The notes beneath the pieces were generated by a model, which was not told the DNA's origin, made no database searches, and saw only the letters and a list, made by a program, of their open reading frames with translations. A DNA stretch of 64,000 nucleotides from positions 1 through 64,000 of IMG/VR virus record IMGVR_UViG_3300045609_000068; one strand, 5' to 3'. This document shows positions 47,301 through 55,681 of the stretch, piece after piece; position 1 is the first letter of the stretch, and each line of letters begins with the position of its first letter. Source of the DNA: a virus (taxonomy: Duplodnaviria > Caudoviricetes). A program made the position numbers and the translations under genes.

Positions 47301-49874
47301 TGCCGCAAGGTTAGCATTTGCCACGCTGCGGGTCTTCTCGACATCAATGGTAGCGGCGGCAGCACCTTGTGTTGCGGTTACACGGAACAGTCCGGACATC
47401 CATTTCGCTATATTCTTATCGTTGACTTTAGGATTATGCTTGATTTTCTCTATAAGGTCAAGCATATCGACAGGACTTCCGTCCTTGTTCGTCAGGCTGA
47501 TGCCAAGCGCGTCCCAGTATTTCTGCGATTTCTTTGTTGGTTGAAGGACATTCTGATACATCATACGCAAGGTAGTACCAGCACGGCTTCCTTGAATACC
47601 AGAGTTACCCATGACACCTATCATCGCCAACGCTTCGGCAAGGGAATTTACATTTCCTTTCTGATGGTTGGCCAGATAAGCGTAACCGCCTCCATAGGAC
47701 AATGCCTCCGCCAGCTGAATCATGTTGGTGTTGGTAGAGGTATATGTGTTGGTAAGCATATCCGCCAGCTTCGGCATATCCTTCGGCTTGATTTTGAACT
47801 CCGTCATGATGTTCGTCATCTTATCGGCCATAGTTGCCAAATCCTGATCGTCAATGACTGCCACATCTGCGATAGGCTTGATTGCCGCTGCGGAAGTGGG
47901 GACATCCAAACCTGCCATCGCCATGAAACGTGCCGCACCCGCTGCATCGGGGGCGGTGAACTTAGTCTTCCTTGCCACGTTTCTTACGTTCTTAGCCAGA
48001 TTTCCGAAATCTCCGTTGAAGTTGTTTCCTCTATAGTTATTCCTGTAAATAGCTTTAGCCGTTTCCATCAAATTCTGATATTGTACGGATTGGCCGAAAG
48101 TATCGGAAATGACGCTCATGGCACCGCCTACGGCAAACATGGTTCCCATGCCTTTAGCCATTGAAAGAGCGGCTGGGGTGGATGCTCCGAACGAGGTGTT
48201 GCCAGTAAGTGGGTACGCCCAACGGCGAGCCCTTGCGTAAAGCCCTTCATTATTGCCTCCAGCCAAAGCCATTCCCTCTTTCCCTGCTGGGATTCTCATC
48301 CTTGCATATCCCGTCCTTGCGTAAGGCAACATGCCATACGTGCTTCCAAGGCGTGCTGCGGTTTCAGCCGAACGTGAACCATAAGGAAGAGGCTGTTCGC
48401 TTGTATATCCGGGCCCAGAAGTCGTGCGCTGTCTGGAACCTCCTCCTGTAGCTAATGTGACGGGTATAGGTCTTTCCAAAGTCATCAGCGCTTCCCTGAG
48501 CTTGGCAATCTGCTCCATGGCACCAGTGATATTGAGATTTACTTTGACATCGTTAAGTCCCTCACCGAGCTTTTTGGAGATCGCGTTTCTGTTAGCCGCA
48601 CCCTCTTTGGCGTTTGTACCCCATACAGGTTCTATCCTCGCCTTGATGGTAAGGGCTTTCATCTTTTCGGCAGCCTTTGCTAAGGAGGCCTCGATGCCTG
48701 CCGCATCCACAATGGCCTTTACAGGGACTTCCACCGCAGCCTTTGGAGCTTTTATCCTTTCGGCGGCAAGTGTACCTTGCAGCTTGACGGTTCCGATAGC
48801 CTTTACACTGTCCGCGTTGATTTCGGCAGTCGCCTTGATGTTAAGTTCGGACTTAACTGGAAGAACACGGGTAACTTCGGCAACGGTCTCCACAACGTTA
48901 GGGCCAGTGGGTTTTGGCAGTACACGTGTAACTTCGGCAACAACAGGTATCGTTATTTCAGCAGCACCCTTCGCGGCCTTTGCGCCTTTTCCTCCCTTGC
49001 CAGCTACACCTTTTGACACTGCTTGCATCTGCTTGGTGATGTCCTCCCAGTTGGACATTACATCTATCTTGTAAGAGAAAGTCTTTTTCTTTACAAGGGA
49101 TAGTTTTTCGAGCGCGGATGCCAGTGAACGGATGGCGGTGGCGTTAGCCTGCGTCGTGGAAGGCGCTGGCGTTATGCCGACATTGACCATCCCTTCCGTC
49201 TTGGATGACGAAGCGCCTCCTGAAATGAGACCGGGGTATTTCTTGACTAAGTCATTTTGAAGTTTTCCGAGTCTTTCCAGTTCTTTGTTATAATTGGTAA
49301 TCTGTCTGTTGGCCTCGGCAGTCAGGTTGGCGTAATGCTTTTTCTGGTTTTCCCTCCACTTGTTGAGCTTGTCCCCGGAATACCCCATAGGTGTAGCGGT
49401 AGACACTCTGCTGGACTGCGCATTTAACTTATCAAGCTCTTTTTGCGTATCCGTAATTTTTTTACGGTAATCCTTTATGCCTTCTTTGTAAGCGTTCAGC
49501 TGCGATTTCCTCAAACCCCTTCCGTCGAGTTTCCCGACGCTTTCCATGAACTTCGCAGCACCAGCCTGACCTCCGAAAACGGATTCAAGGGTGTCGCGCA
49601 TCCGTATCGCGGACGCCGTTACCATCCTTTCCATGGTACCAAGGTCCGTTCGTATTCCTTCGGTATTAATCTTAGGGTTGATCTTTGTCGCTGCATTGGA
49701 AAGCGACTGTATGGTCTTTGTTATGGACTTTACATCGCTGTTAAGCAAAGAGAACCCCTTGCCCTTTCCGGACAGTTGATGTATTCTACCAAGCAAAGCG
49801 TCCAACGCCTGCGATACTGGCAGTGTGTTGGCGGTTATATTATAGTTAACGATATAATTTCTTTCAGGAGCCAT
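44355..49874 (-). CDS. Tape measure protein (TP901-type core), 1839 aa
   Basis: TKFTA.DAA.A..FMAMAG, LAMIG.MG.SGI.GS.AGT.LR core; TM segments; INITI.NL C-terminus. Confidence 0.92.
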   Translation of the reverse strand: MAPERNYIVNYNITANTLPVSQALDALLGRIHQLSGKGKGFSLLNSDVKSITKTIQSLSNAATKINPKINTEGIRTDLGTMERMVTASAIRMRDTLESVFGGQAGAAKFMESVGKLDGRGLRKSQLNAYKEGIKDYRKKITDTQKELDKLNAQSSRVSTATPMGYSGDKLNKWRENQKKHYANLTAEANRQITNYNKELERLGKLQNDLVKKYPGLISGGASSSKTEGMVNVGITPAPSTTQANATAIRSLASALEKLSLVKKKTFSYKIDVMSNWEDITKQMQAVSKGVAGKGGKGAKAAKGAAEITIPVVAEVTRVLPKPTGPNVVETVAEVTRVLPVKSELNIKATAEINADSVKAIGTVKLQGTLAAERIKAPKAAVEVPVKAIVDAAGIEASLAKAAEKMKALTIKARIEPVWGTNAKEGAANRNAISKKLGEGLNDVKVNLNITGAMEQIAKLREALMTLERPIPVTLATGGGSRQRTTSGPGYTSEQPLPYGSRSAETAARLGSTYGMLPYARTGYARMRIPAGKEGMALAGGNNEGLYARARRWAYPLTGNTSFGASTPAALSMAKGMGTMFAVGGAMSVISDTFGQSVQYQNLMETAKAIYRNNYRGNNFNGDFGNLAKNVRNVARKTKFTAPDAAGAARFMAMAGLDVPTSAAAIKPIADVAVIDDQDLATMADKMTNIMTEFKIKPKDMPKLADMLTNTYTSTNTNMIQLAEALSYGGGYAYLANHQKGNVNSLAEALAMIGVMGNSGIQGSRAGTTLRMMYQNVLQPTKKSQKYWDALGISLTNKDGSPVDMLDLIEKIKHNPKVNDKNIAKWMSGLFRVTATQGAAAATIDVEKTRSVANANLAANGIANEISLKKQNTVEGLWKQVESSLTDDTLTVFSGLQKTIKGAMGDALKYLAKPEAVQNLKNVFDLLKAILGIFKASVSIWLKIYNAFPGFIKAIVVMQMAMTQIGYLITPFVQMLGMLSSFRGLLPGAAGVAGGAYAVGGLAAGGGIASRYSSARIAGAMMAGGAVPRVMEANAVKSVVRRGAATSGMSRLGGGLTSLLLNGSLLWATLRHPRGSSAAVAGAVAAPEAIAAERASANTLLERQNAMYRNGGSYYNYIRNAHTNGFMYTKGSEYWERAGESELSAHYGARAEQNYANERRLVAERNAYMNVLRDMRRTEQFRNSALIERFAAMNKLGTGARMGLAYKAGNAMLTGFTLMPLINMIKNSILRIPIFLAKIAGMFTAALPYLAALAGIALLVAYVKHISKRYEDADKTSDRVKAYSKTALKNGYNQMAGGIGTKPIDLTNWLKSNPQLNNNTYVGDIPSVSNKPKASKRKLSQISDFRQLTSKLGKDTHFLPILQNWYDKYIVPYKYAYGKDSKNYSFSAIKNQLETDAGGNLLQEYTAEDGTKIKTYKTLGVDNKYYNGVRNLIARASVYRYGAESNETKNAESKITSIVENSKGKLSAKNKEAINNMIEQFNPALNIGKDVNNYGYKQIFNSPDLSEFTQWYSGAYNKLTQVWKTYQNLVNLTGLYSDKFMNAASSYLGTIPIKLPDMYGRMQNVFLQFKNGQPQWEGFYDMLNALGIQVPNTVNAHVSLLENIANSLDNIPGLQGVAGRIKALIEYLKQQEIEASRWTNVNWNSGENPSTNNVLQPKSNKVKIPYKAGKQKFGYAWNMGYQPYNPLQKAIDDKKQNKGKLAYITRPGTKENNIVKSIPGAKKNNKNKKGTVDNGFGTGWNNSGSSNATNSLPAATGGKGGRTGGSSNPNKGYENTYGRQAATPTQINITIQNLANFDKTTIAGNADERAMIQSVEDRLAQAIAMLTSQVNSQLSLMGKV

Positions 49875-49894
49875 GATTTATATTTTTAGTGAAA

Positions 49895-51211
49895 TTAAAC
49901 TTCGAATGTTTCAAGTGCCGTGATTGCCGTTGAGGAATCGGCGGGTACGACATCGGTTTTTATGTTGATGCTGTCCGTCTCGATGATATTCCCGTTTGCT
50001 GATACGGAAACGTTTCTTCCGTCGATCTGTTTATATCCCAACGGATTGACCATGGCGGTGTCTATCAGCGACAAAACGTCGTTGACTATCTGCGCCTTGC
50101 CTGTTTCGGTAATGTCCCCGGTTGTCGTTTCAAGATAGAACGTGGCATTGATATAAGGTATAAGCGCCCTTCTTACAACCCTGCGTATCTTGTGCATGAC
50201 TCTGTTGCGGGACAACGAGCAATAGTCCCCGTCGGAAAGCGTCGTGTCGTTGCTGAAATAAACGGCACCTGGCTTGGGCACATAGGTGACTGGGACGACA
50301 TATCCTTTGTTGGCTATCTGATTCAGTCGGTATTGGCTCATTCCGCTTATCGGGGAGTAATCGTCGCTTGACGATTTCAATGTGCCGAAACCGAGTTCCG
50401 CGCTTTTGAAGTCGTCGTTCTTGTTGAGGTCGTATTTTGAAACGTATGCGATGCTTTCCTCCGCTGGTGCAAGGCACAAGCAGGCCAAAACCTTTCCGAG
50501 CATCCCAACTGGAGAATAGTTTATGTCGCTATTTTGCATGGTATGTACAGCATCTGTTCCGTTCTGCCCAAGGATGACGCTCAACTTCGGAAAATCAAGG
50601 TTTATGGCGTTCGGAATGTTTCTGTAGTCCATGATATACGAATCAGCCCCGTCCGCTTTTGTATGCGCGGTATTTGCATTCAGCACGATATTCATGGGAA
50701 GCAGCGCCGATGCCGTCTTCCCGATGATTCCAGAAAGTATTTCCGCACGTGCCTCTATCTCGCCTAGCAGCGCAGTGAATCCGATTGTTCCGCCCGTTGA
50801 CTTCCATAAGTCCTGTTCCGTCCATATACCTAGCTGGAATAACTTCCCTGATGCTTTCTGCTGGAAGTCCTCTATACAGGTAAATGACGGGGAGCCGTTG
50901 TCAACGCAGTTTGCGAACATCACGTATATGGCCGCATCCTTTCCGATATAGCTATAAAATTCCTTGATATGATAATAGGGTATGCCGCCCATTATTCCTC
51001 CCTCTTTGATTCCGAGATACACGGCCTCGTCGATGTTGTTTATCTGCTGTACCTGTCCGTCTCCGAAATTCAGAGCCGCAGTGTCATATCCATAAAAGGC
51101 ATTCGACCTTAACCCGTAGTCGAAAACCATTCCGCATACGCTTTCGTCGTATGAAACATCCAATACGTTGCTTTGCAGTTTGCCTACGTTCGCCTTTCCT
51201 ATATTGCCCAT
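49895..51211 (-). CDS. Tail sheath protein 2 (DUF2586-like paralogue)
   Basis: QLGIWT, PKLSVILGQ, GDY..L.RNRVMHKIRR.VRRALIPYIN align to sheath 1; start reset to MGNIG. Confidence 0.85.
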   Translation of the reverse strand: MGNIGKANVGKLQSNVLDVSYDESVCGMVFDYGLRSNAFYGYDTAALNFGDGQVQQINNIDEAVYLGIKEGGIMGGIPYYHIKEFYSYIGKDAAIYVMFANCVDNGSPSFTCIEDFQQKASGKLFQLGIWTEQDLWKSTGGTIGFTALLGEIEARAEILSGIIGKTASALLPMNIVLNANTAHTKADGADSYIMDYRNIPNAINLDFPKLSVILGQNGTDAVHTMQNSDINYSPVGMLGKVLACLCLAPAEESIAYVSKYDLNKNDDFKSAELGFGTLKSSSDDYSPISGMSQYRLNQIANKGYVVPVTYVPKPGAVYFSNDTTLSDGDYCSLSRNRVMHKIRRVVRRALIPYINATFYLETTTGDITETGKAQIVNDVLSLIDTAMVNPLGYKQIDGRNVSVSANGNIIETDSINIKTDVVPADSSTAITALETFEV

Positions 51212-51336
51212 ATTAATAGTATTTCTTATATATAGTGTTTTTCGGAGATTTGAAGTCATTACGTTTTTGATGCGGTTTGTAAGTTAATGTAAGTTAATTA
51301 ATACACCTTTGGTTCATAAGGTAACTATATCAAGGT

Positions 51337-51435
51337 AGAGCATAGGTTGGAGTAGCTACCAATCGACAAGGGGTAATCCGAAGGCCCCTTGCTCTTTCTT
51401 TATTCTTCGGGGTAACTTAAACATTCGGATTATGG
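51337..51435 (+). ncRNA. Structured leader upstream of KilA-N gene
   Basis: Outer AGAGC/GCTCT stem, two hairpins; loop TAATCCGAA is complementary to TTCGGATTA at 51424-51432. Confidence 0.5.
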
Positions 51436-51581
51436 ACACTTCTTGATTTCACCTTATTTATAGTCGGCATCAGCTTAATGATACCCAAAAGCCCTTAATG
51501 GCTGGGTTAGACCCGTCGAGATGATTTGAGGTCAGTTTCGATGTTTCCGAAAATCGGGCATTGTCAATAAACGTAATTATT

Positions 51582-52250
51582 ATGAAAATGAAAACGAATG
51601 TAACCATGACACGAAATATGGGAAATTTTTCTGTGTATCAGAGAACATCTGATGGTATGTTTAACGCGACATCTTTGCTTAAACAGTGGAACGCTTTCAA
51701 CAACTCAAAAAAGGAGTTGAAAGAATATTTCAAACTTAATAGTACAAGCGAGTTCGCAAATACCATTGCAGAAAAGGAAAATCTTGATGGGTGGAAATCC
51801 ACCTATCATACTTCTCACGCAAATAAAGGCGAAAATGCAGGTACGTGGATGCACCCTATGTTATTTATAGATTTCTGTATGTGGATAAATCCATCTTTTA
51901 AATATGATGTATTGAAATTTGTTTACGACCAGATGATTAAATACAGGAACGATGCCGGAGACGCATATTGTGAACTGGGAGCTTCCATTCAAAAAATCGT
52001 TTCAAGGGATTTTATGAAAACGGCAATGAAGAAAACTGGAGAAGCCATTAACTGGGTCATATTCAATTGCCATGAGCAAGGAATGCGTAACAAGGTTGGT
52101 GAGGAAGGCAAACAGAGAGATTTGTATGAGTTCGAACATAAGATTGCGGAACTCATCAATGACGGATTCATCAAGAGTTATGATGAGCTCATCAACTATC
52201 TTAGGAAACAATACACAAAACGGAATTATCCGAAAGTGTTCCTTAAATAG
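51582..52250 (+). CDS. KilA-N domain protein
   Basis: V.QRT.DG.FNAT.LLKQW, GTWMHP.LFIDF.MW.NP.FKY.V. Confidence 0.9.
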   Translation: MKMKTNVTMTRNMGNFSVYQRTSDGMFNATSLLKQWNAFNNSKKELKEYFKLNSTSEFANTIAEKENLDGWKSTYHTSHANKGENAGTWMHPMLFIDFCMWINPSFKYDVLKFVYDQMIKYRNDAGDAYCELGASIQKIVSRDFMKTAMKKTGEAINWVIFNCHEQGMRNKVGEEGKQRDLYEFEHKIAELINDGFIKSYDELINYLRKQYTKRNYPKVFLK

Positions 52251-52275
52251 ATTTCACAGAATTAATCAAAAAAAA

Positions 52276-52309
52276 GAATGGGGTCGGCATCAGCGACCCC
52301 ATTCCTTTG
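52276..52309 (+). terminator. Terminator hairpin
   Basis: GAATGGGGTCG-GCATCAG-CGACCCCATTC followed by CTTT. Confidence 0.65.
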
Positions 52310-52419
52310 TAGAGAATAGACAAAGAAATTTATCGGAGAACCGAAAATGGATTTTATGGATTCACAAAATGCTTATATTCAAATAGATATAAAGATAATG
52401 AATGTTATTAAGGTAGAAT

Positions 52420-52947
52420 ATGAAAAAGATTGTCTATACTTCGATTGACGATTTTACATTGAATAAACAGATTGTAAAATCATACAAGGAACTAGGAAGT
52501 GATTTTGTAGCATGGATTGAGGAAAACACAATCAAGCTGATAGAAAACAGAACACGAGCCGAAACACTTGCTTATGAGAAAATATCATCAACGAACTTGC
52601 AAATTGATTCGCAACCATTCTTTATGATTAACGGACACAGCTATTTCCTTGACATTTATGTTCCGAAATTAAAATTGGCAATAGAAATTGATGGTGGTTA
52701 TCATTCATATCGTAGACAGATAGACATAGTAAGGGATAAGGATTTCGATTCTATTGGAATAAGAACTATCCGTGTATCGAATAAGAACGTTTTGGATGGG
52801 AATCTATTCGCTATTATTAGAGAAAAACTGACAAATAGCAAACATGTCAAAAAGAAAAAATCGAAATCCCCAGTTGGAAAAAGCCGTAAGCGAGAATTGG
52901 CTGAAAAGAAAAGATACCGAAATAGGTTCAAATTGAAGTATGCTTAA
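52420..52947 (+). CDS. DUF559 / Vsr-like endonuclease
   Basis: Q..F....YFLD.Y.PK.KLAIEIDGGYH....D..RD......GI..IR.SN. Confidence 0.85.
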   Translation: MKKIVYTSIDDFTLNKQIVKSYKELGSDFVAWIEENTIKLIENRTRAETLAYEKISSTNLQIDSQPFFMINGHSYFLDIYVPKLKLAIEIDGGYHSYRRQIDIVRDKDFDSIGIRTIRVSNKNVLDGNLFAIIREKLTNSKHVKKKKSKSPVGKSRKRELAEKKRYRNRFKLKYA

Positions 52948-52952
52948 TACAT

Positions 52953-52994
52953 AAGGCAAAATGAATATAGCACGTCTGTTCATTTTGCCTTTTT
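52953..52994 (+). terminator. Terminator hairpin
   Basis: AAGGCAAAATGAA...TTCATTTTGCCTT followed by T tract. Confidence 0.65.
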
Positions 52995-53060
52995 ACATTA
53001 TATGGCTAAAAACACAGTTTCCATGGTGGCGGGGAAAATACTATATTTAAGAAAAGGATT

Positions 53061-54122
53061 ATGTCACTGTTCGATAATTTAAGTATTACCGCCGCCAATG
53101 CTGCTTACGACGCCTCGTTCGAATACGGGATGGGGAAAGTCAGGGACTGGATAAGCAGAGGGTTCGGTGCGAGTCAAGACACCCTTCACTTCTATTACGA
53201 CTACAGCCGTGGAGGAAGCGTGTTGGAGGTGATCGCTAAAAAGGCGGCACTTGGTGTCGCACAGGTGCTTAAAAACGAGGCGCTTGAACAATATAAGAAG
53301 CTGATAGGGCTGAACAAGAAGAAAGTGACGCTCGCAAAAAGCGACACTTCGCGGTCCATCATCATCGAGAACACTTATAAGAACCAACAGAAAAGATACG
53401 GTTACATAAAGGTTAACGACGGGAAAGTCACTGTTCCGGCACTTGATCCATACGGGAATGTATGTACAGAAGCGTTGATGTTGAGCATTCCTGTTAAGCC
53501 GAACATAAATCTTACCATTCAACGTGTGTCCAAGAACGGAACAGAGTCGGACGGAAGCTCGCAACTGGTGAGCGACCACCTCGTGTGGTACGATTGTACC
53601 GCCATCGTAACGGTCGATTCCGACAAGAACTACGTTCTGACAAAAGTCGTCGGCAGGGATTATACAAGAAAAGAGCTTGTGTCGAACGGAGACTTCAACT
53701 TTTCCGTTTCAGGGCATCTTCTAAGCAATACTCCCGACGTAATGCCTAGCGAGGAAATCAAGAAGTTTACCCAGATAATGCGATACAAAGGTGTCGTGGA
53801 GGTAAACAGCGAGGTTCTTGACCAGTTCAATGTGAAGAAACTCCTCATCACCAACTTCAACATCAGCCCGCAGGAGGGTGATAAATCCAATATACCGTAC
53901 ACGTTCAATGCGGTAGGAATACAGCCCGCCGAGGAGATAAAGATGAGGGAGGACACCATCACCACTTTCGACAATGCACTTACGAGCGCAAGCAGTTCCA
54001 CGACCACCAAGACGAAGTGGCAGCAGATGATAGACGACAAGCTGGACGGACTGAAGACCAATTCGGTAAGCATCGTAGACCAGGGACTCACTTTGTCCAC
54101 AGGCCTTCTTAACCAACTGTAA
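53061..54122 (+). CDS. DUF6046-like tail tube initiator / baseplate protein
   Basis: KN.V.T.V.GRD.TRKE.VS.GD..F.V.G motif. Confidence 0.75.
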   Translation: MSLFDNLSITAANAAYDASFEYGMGKVRDWISRGFGASQDTLHFYYDYSRGGSVLEVIAKKAALGVAQVLKNEALEQYKKLIGLNKKKVTLAKSDTSRSIIIENTYKNQQKRYGYIKVNDGKVTVPALDPYGNVCTEALMLSIPVKPNINLTIQRVSKNGTESDGSSQLVSDHLVWYDCTAIVTVDSDKNYVLTKVVGRDYTRKELVSNGDFNFSVSGHLLSNTPDVMPSEEIKKFTQIMRYKGVVEVNSEVLDQFNVKKLLITNFNISPQEGDKSNIPYTFNAVGIQPAEEIKMREDTITTFDNALTSASSSTTTKTKWQQMIDDKLDGLKTNSVSIVDQGLTLSTGLLNQL

Positions 54123-54133
54123 ATCCGACGCAC

Positions 54134-55678
54134 ATGGCAACATATACACTGAACCCGACATATCAGGAACACGGAGCCGACGAGGACGTAGTAAACATTC
54201 TCGTATGCCAGATAAAGGTATGGGCCGCATCGCCGTCCAACTGGAACAGCGTGCCAACTTCATGTACGTTAATCACTGAAGTGGAAAGCGTAGAGATCAA
54301 GGACTCCTACAAGGAGGTCGTCGGTACCGCGGTGGTGAAGCTGCCGCAGGGCGCAATGGTCGAAAAGACCATCATCGTGGACGGAAAGGACGATACGGTA
54401 ACGACGGGTAATCAGACAAATCAGGATTCCGAGACCTCCATGAGGAAGGCGACCGTTGCAGGAGACATGCTCCCAAGGGAGGGAATGATTTCCGACAAAG
54501 GAGACCCTACATTGTCGCTGAACGTGAAACGTAACGACATGGGAATCATAGAAGTCAGTCAGGCGCTTGAGCATCTTGCTACCGCCAACGATTTTGCAGT
54601 GGGAAACCGCATACAGATAAAACTGGGATATGTGACGACGGAGGAGAAATGGGAAATGGTCAAGCAGAAACGCGATGTTCCGGAACTTAAACTATGCTTT
54701 ACGGGATTCATCACGGGATGTTCCGCAACCACTCCTGTGGAAGTGTCATGCGAAAACATGGCTAGCGTCCTGAGGAAGAAAAGCTGTCCAAGGATAGTGG
54801 CCAAAAAAGATTATACGGTCAACGATTTCCTCGCTCCCGACGGTCTTTTCAAAATGCTGAGCGGAACAGGCATATCATTGTCGGACGCGACAAAAGGCTG
54901 CACGATAAACATCGGCAAGGTTGGACTAACCACGAATGTCACCGTAGCCGATGTCCTTGAGACATGGAAGGACTGGGGAATATACTCGTTCATGGAACCC
55001 GACGGATTCACTTTGCGCGTTGCACGTGTTATGTTCACAAAAGCGGACGGGAGCATGGGGGACACGAAAGAATACATAGACTACAGATACGCCAACGACA
55101 TCGAAATGATAGAGTTCGACTGGGACGTCGCAAGCGACAATATGGAAGTGACGCTTCGGGACAAAAACTTCCTTGCTGTGGAGGCGCACGGTATTACGAA
55201 AGACAAGAAGATGTTCAAGGTGACTTGCCTCCATAGCGATTCCGATACGCAGGGTATTCCAATGCCGAGGTATTTAAACGAAAGAGAGCCAGTCAAGAAG
55301 AAGGCGAGAAAGCGCAAGGGAGGCGAATCGGTCAACAACAACGATAAGACAAAGATTGACATGAGCCCTTACGAGATAGTTCCTTATTTCGGGAGCCATG
55401 TGGGAATCACGATGGAAGAGCTGAAAAAGGAGGCATGGTCTTATCTGAAAAACTACAACGAGACAGGAATAAAGGGAAGTGTTTCCGTTTTCGGGGACAG
55501 AATGATTTATCCGACGCAATGTGTCGGCCTTATTGATGTCATGCACCCCGAAAAGGACGGATATTATCTTGTGGAATCGGTCAACACCACATTCGGGCTT
55601 GACGGTTTCAGACGCGAGCTGGAGCTGCCGTACAGAGTGGGGAACTTTACAAACACACCAAAAATAATAAGGGATTAG
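54134..55678 (+). CDS. Baseplate hub (P2 gpD / Mu gpP-like)
   Basis: V.SVEI..S...TA.V.LP, G..I.I.LGY...F.G.IT, Y.V..V.TTFG.DGFRR. Confidence 0.8.
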   Translation: MATYTLNPTYQEHGADEDVVNILVCQIKVWAASPSNWNSVPTSCTLITEVESVEIKDSYKEVVGTAVVKLPQGAMVEKTIIVDGKDDTVTTGNQTNQDSETSMRKATVAGDMLPREGMISDKGDPTLSLNVKRNDMGIIEVSQALEHLATANDFAVGNRIQIKLGYVTTEEKWEMVKQKRDVPELKLCFTGFITGCSATTPVEVSCENMASVLRKKSCPRIVAKKDYTVNDFLAPDGLFKMLSGTGISLSDATKGCTINIGKVGLTTNVTVADVLETWKDWGIYSFMEPDGFTLRVARVMFTKADGSMGDTKEYIDYRYANDIEMIEFDWDVASDNMEVTLRDKNFLAVEAHGITKDKKMFKVTCLHSDSDTQGIPMPRYLNEREPVKKKARKRKGGESVNNNDKTKIDMSPYEIVPYFGSHVGITMEELKKEAWSYLKNYNETGIKGSVSVFGDRMIYPTQCVGLIDVMHPEKDGYYLVESVNTTFGLDGFRRELELPYRVGNFTNTPKIIRD

Positions 55679-55681
55679 GAT

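Noticed and set aside
51463-52294. Shared 12-mer GTCGGCATCAGC on both sides of the KilA-N gene as an insertion target duplication
   Set aside because: Single short match, and the second copy is part of a terminator loop; chance cannot be excluded
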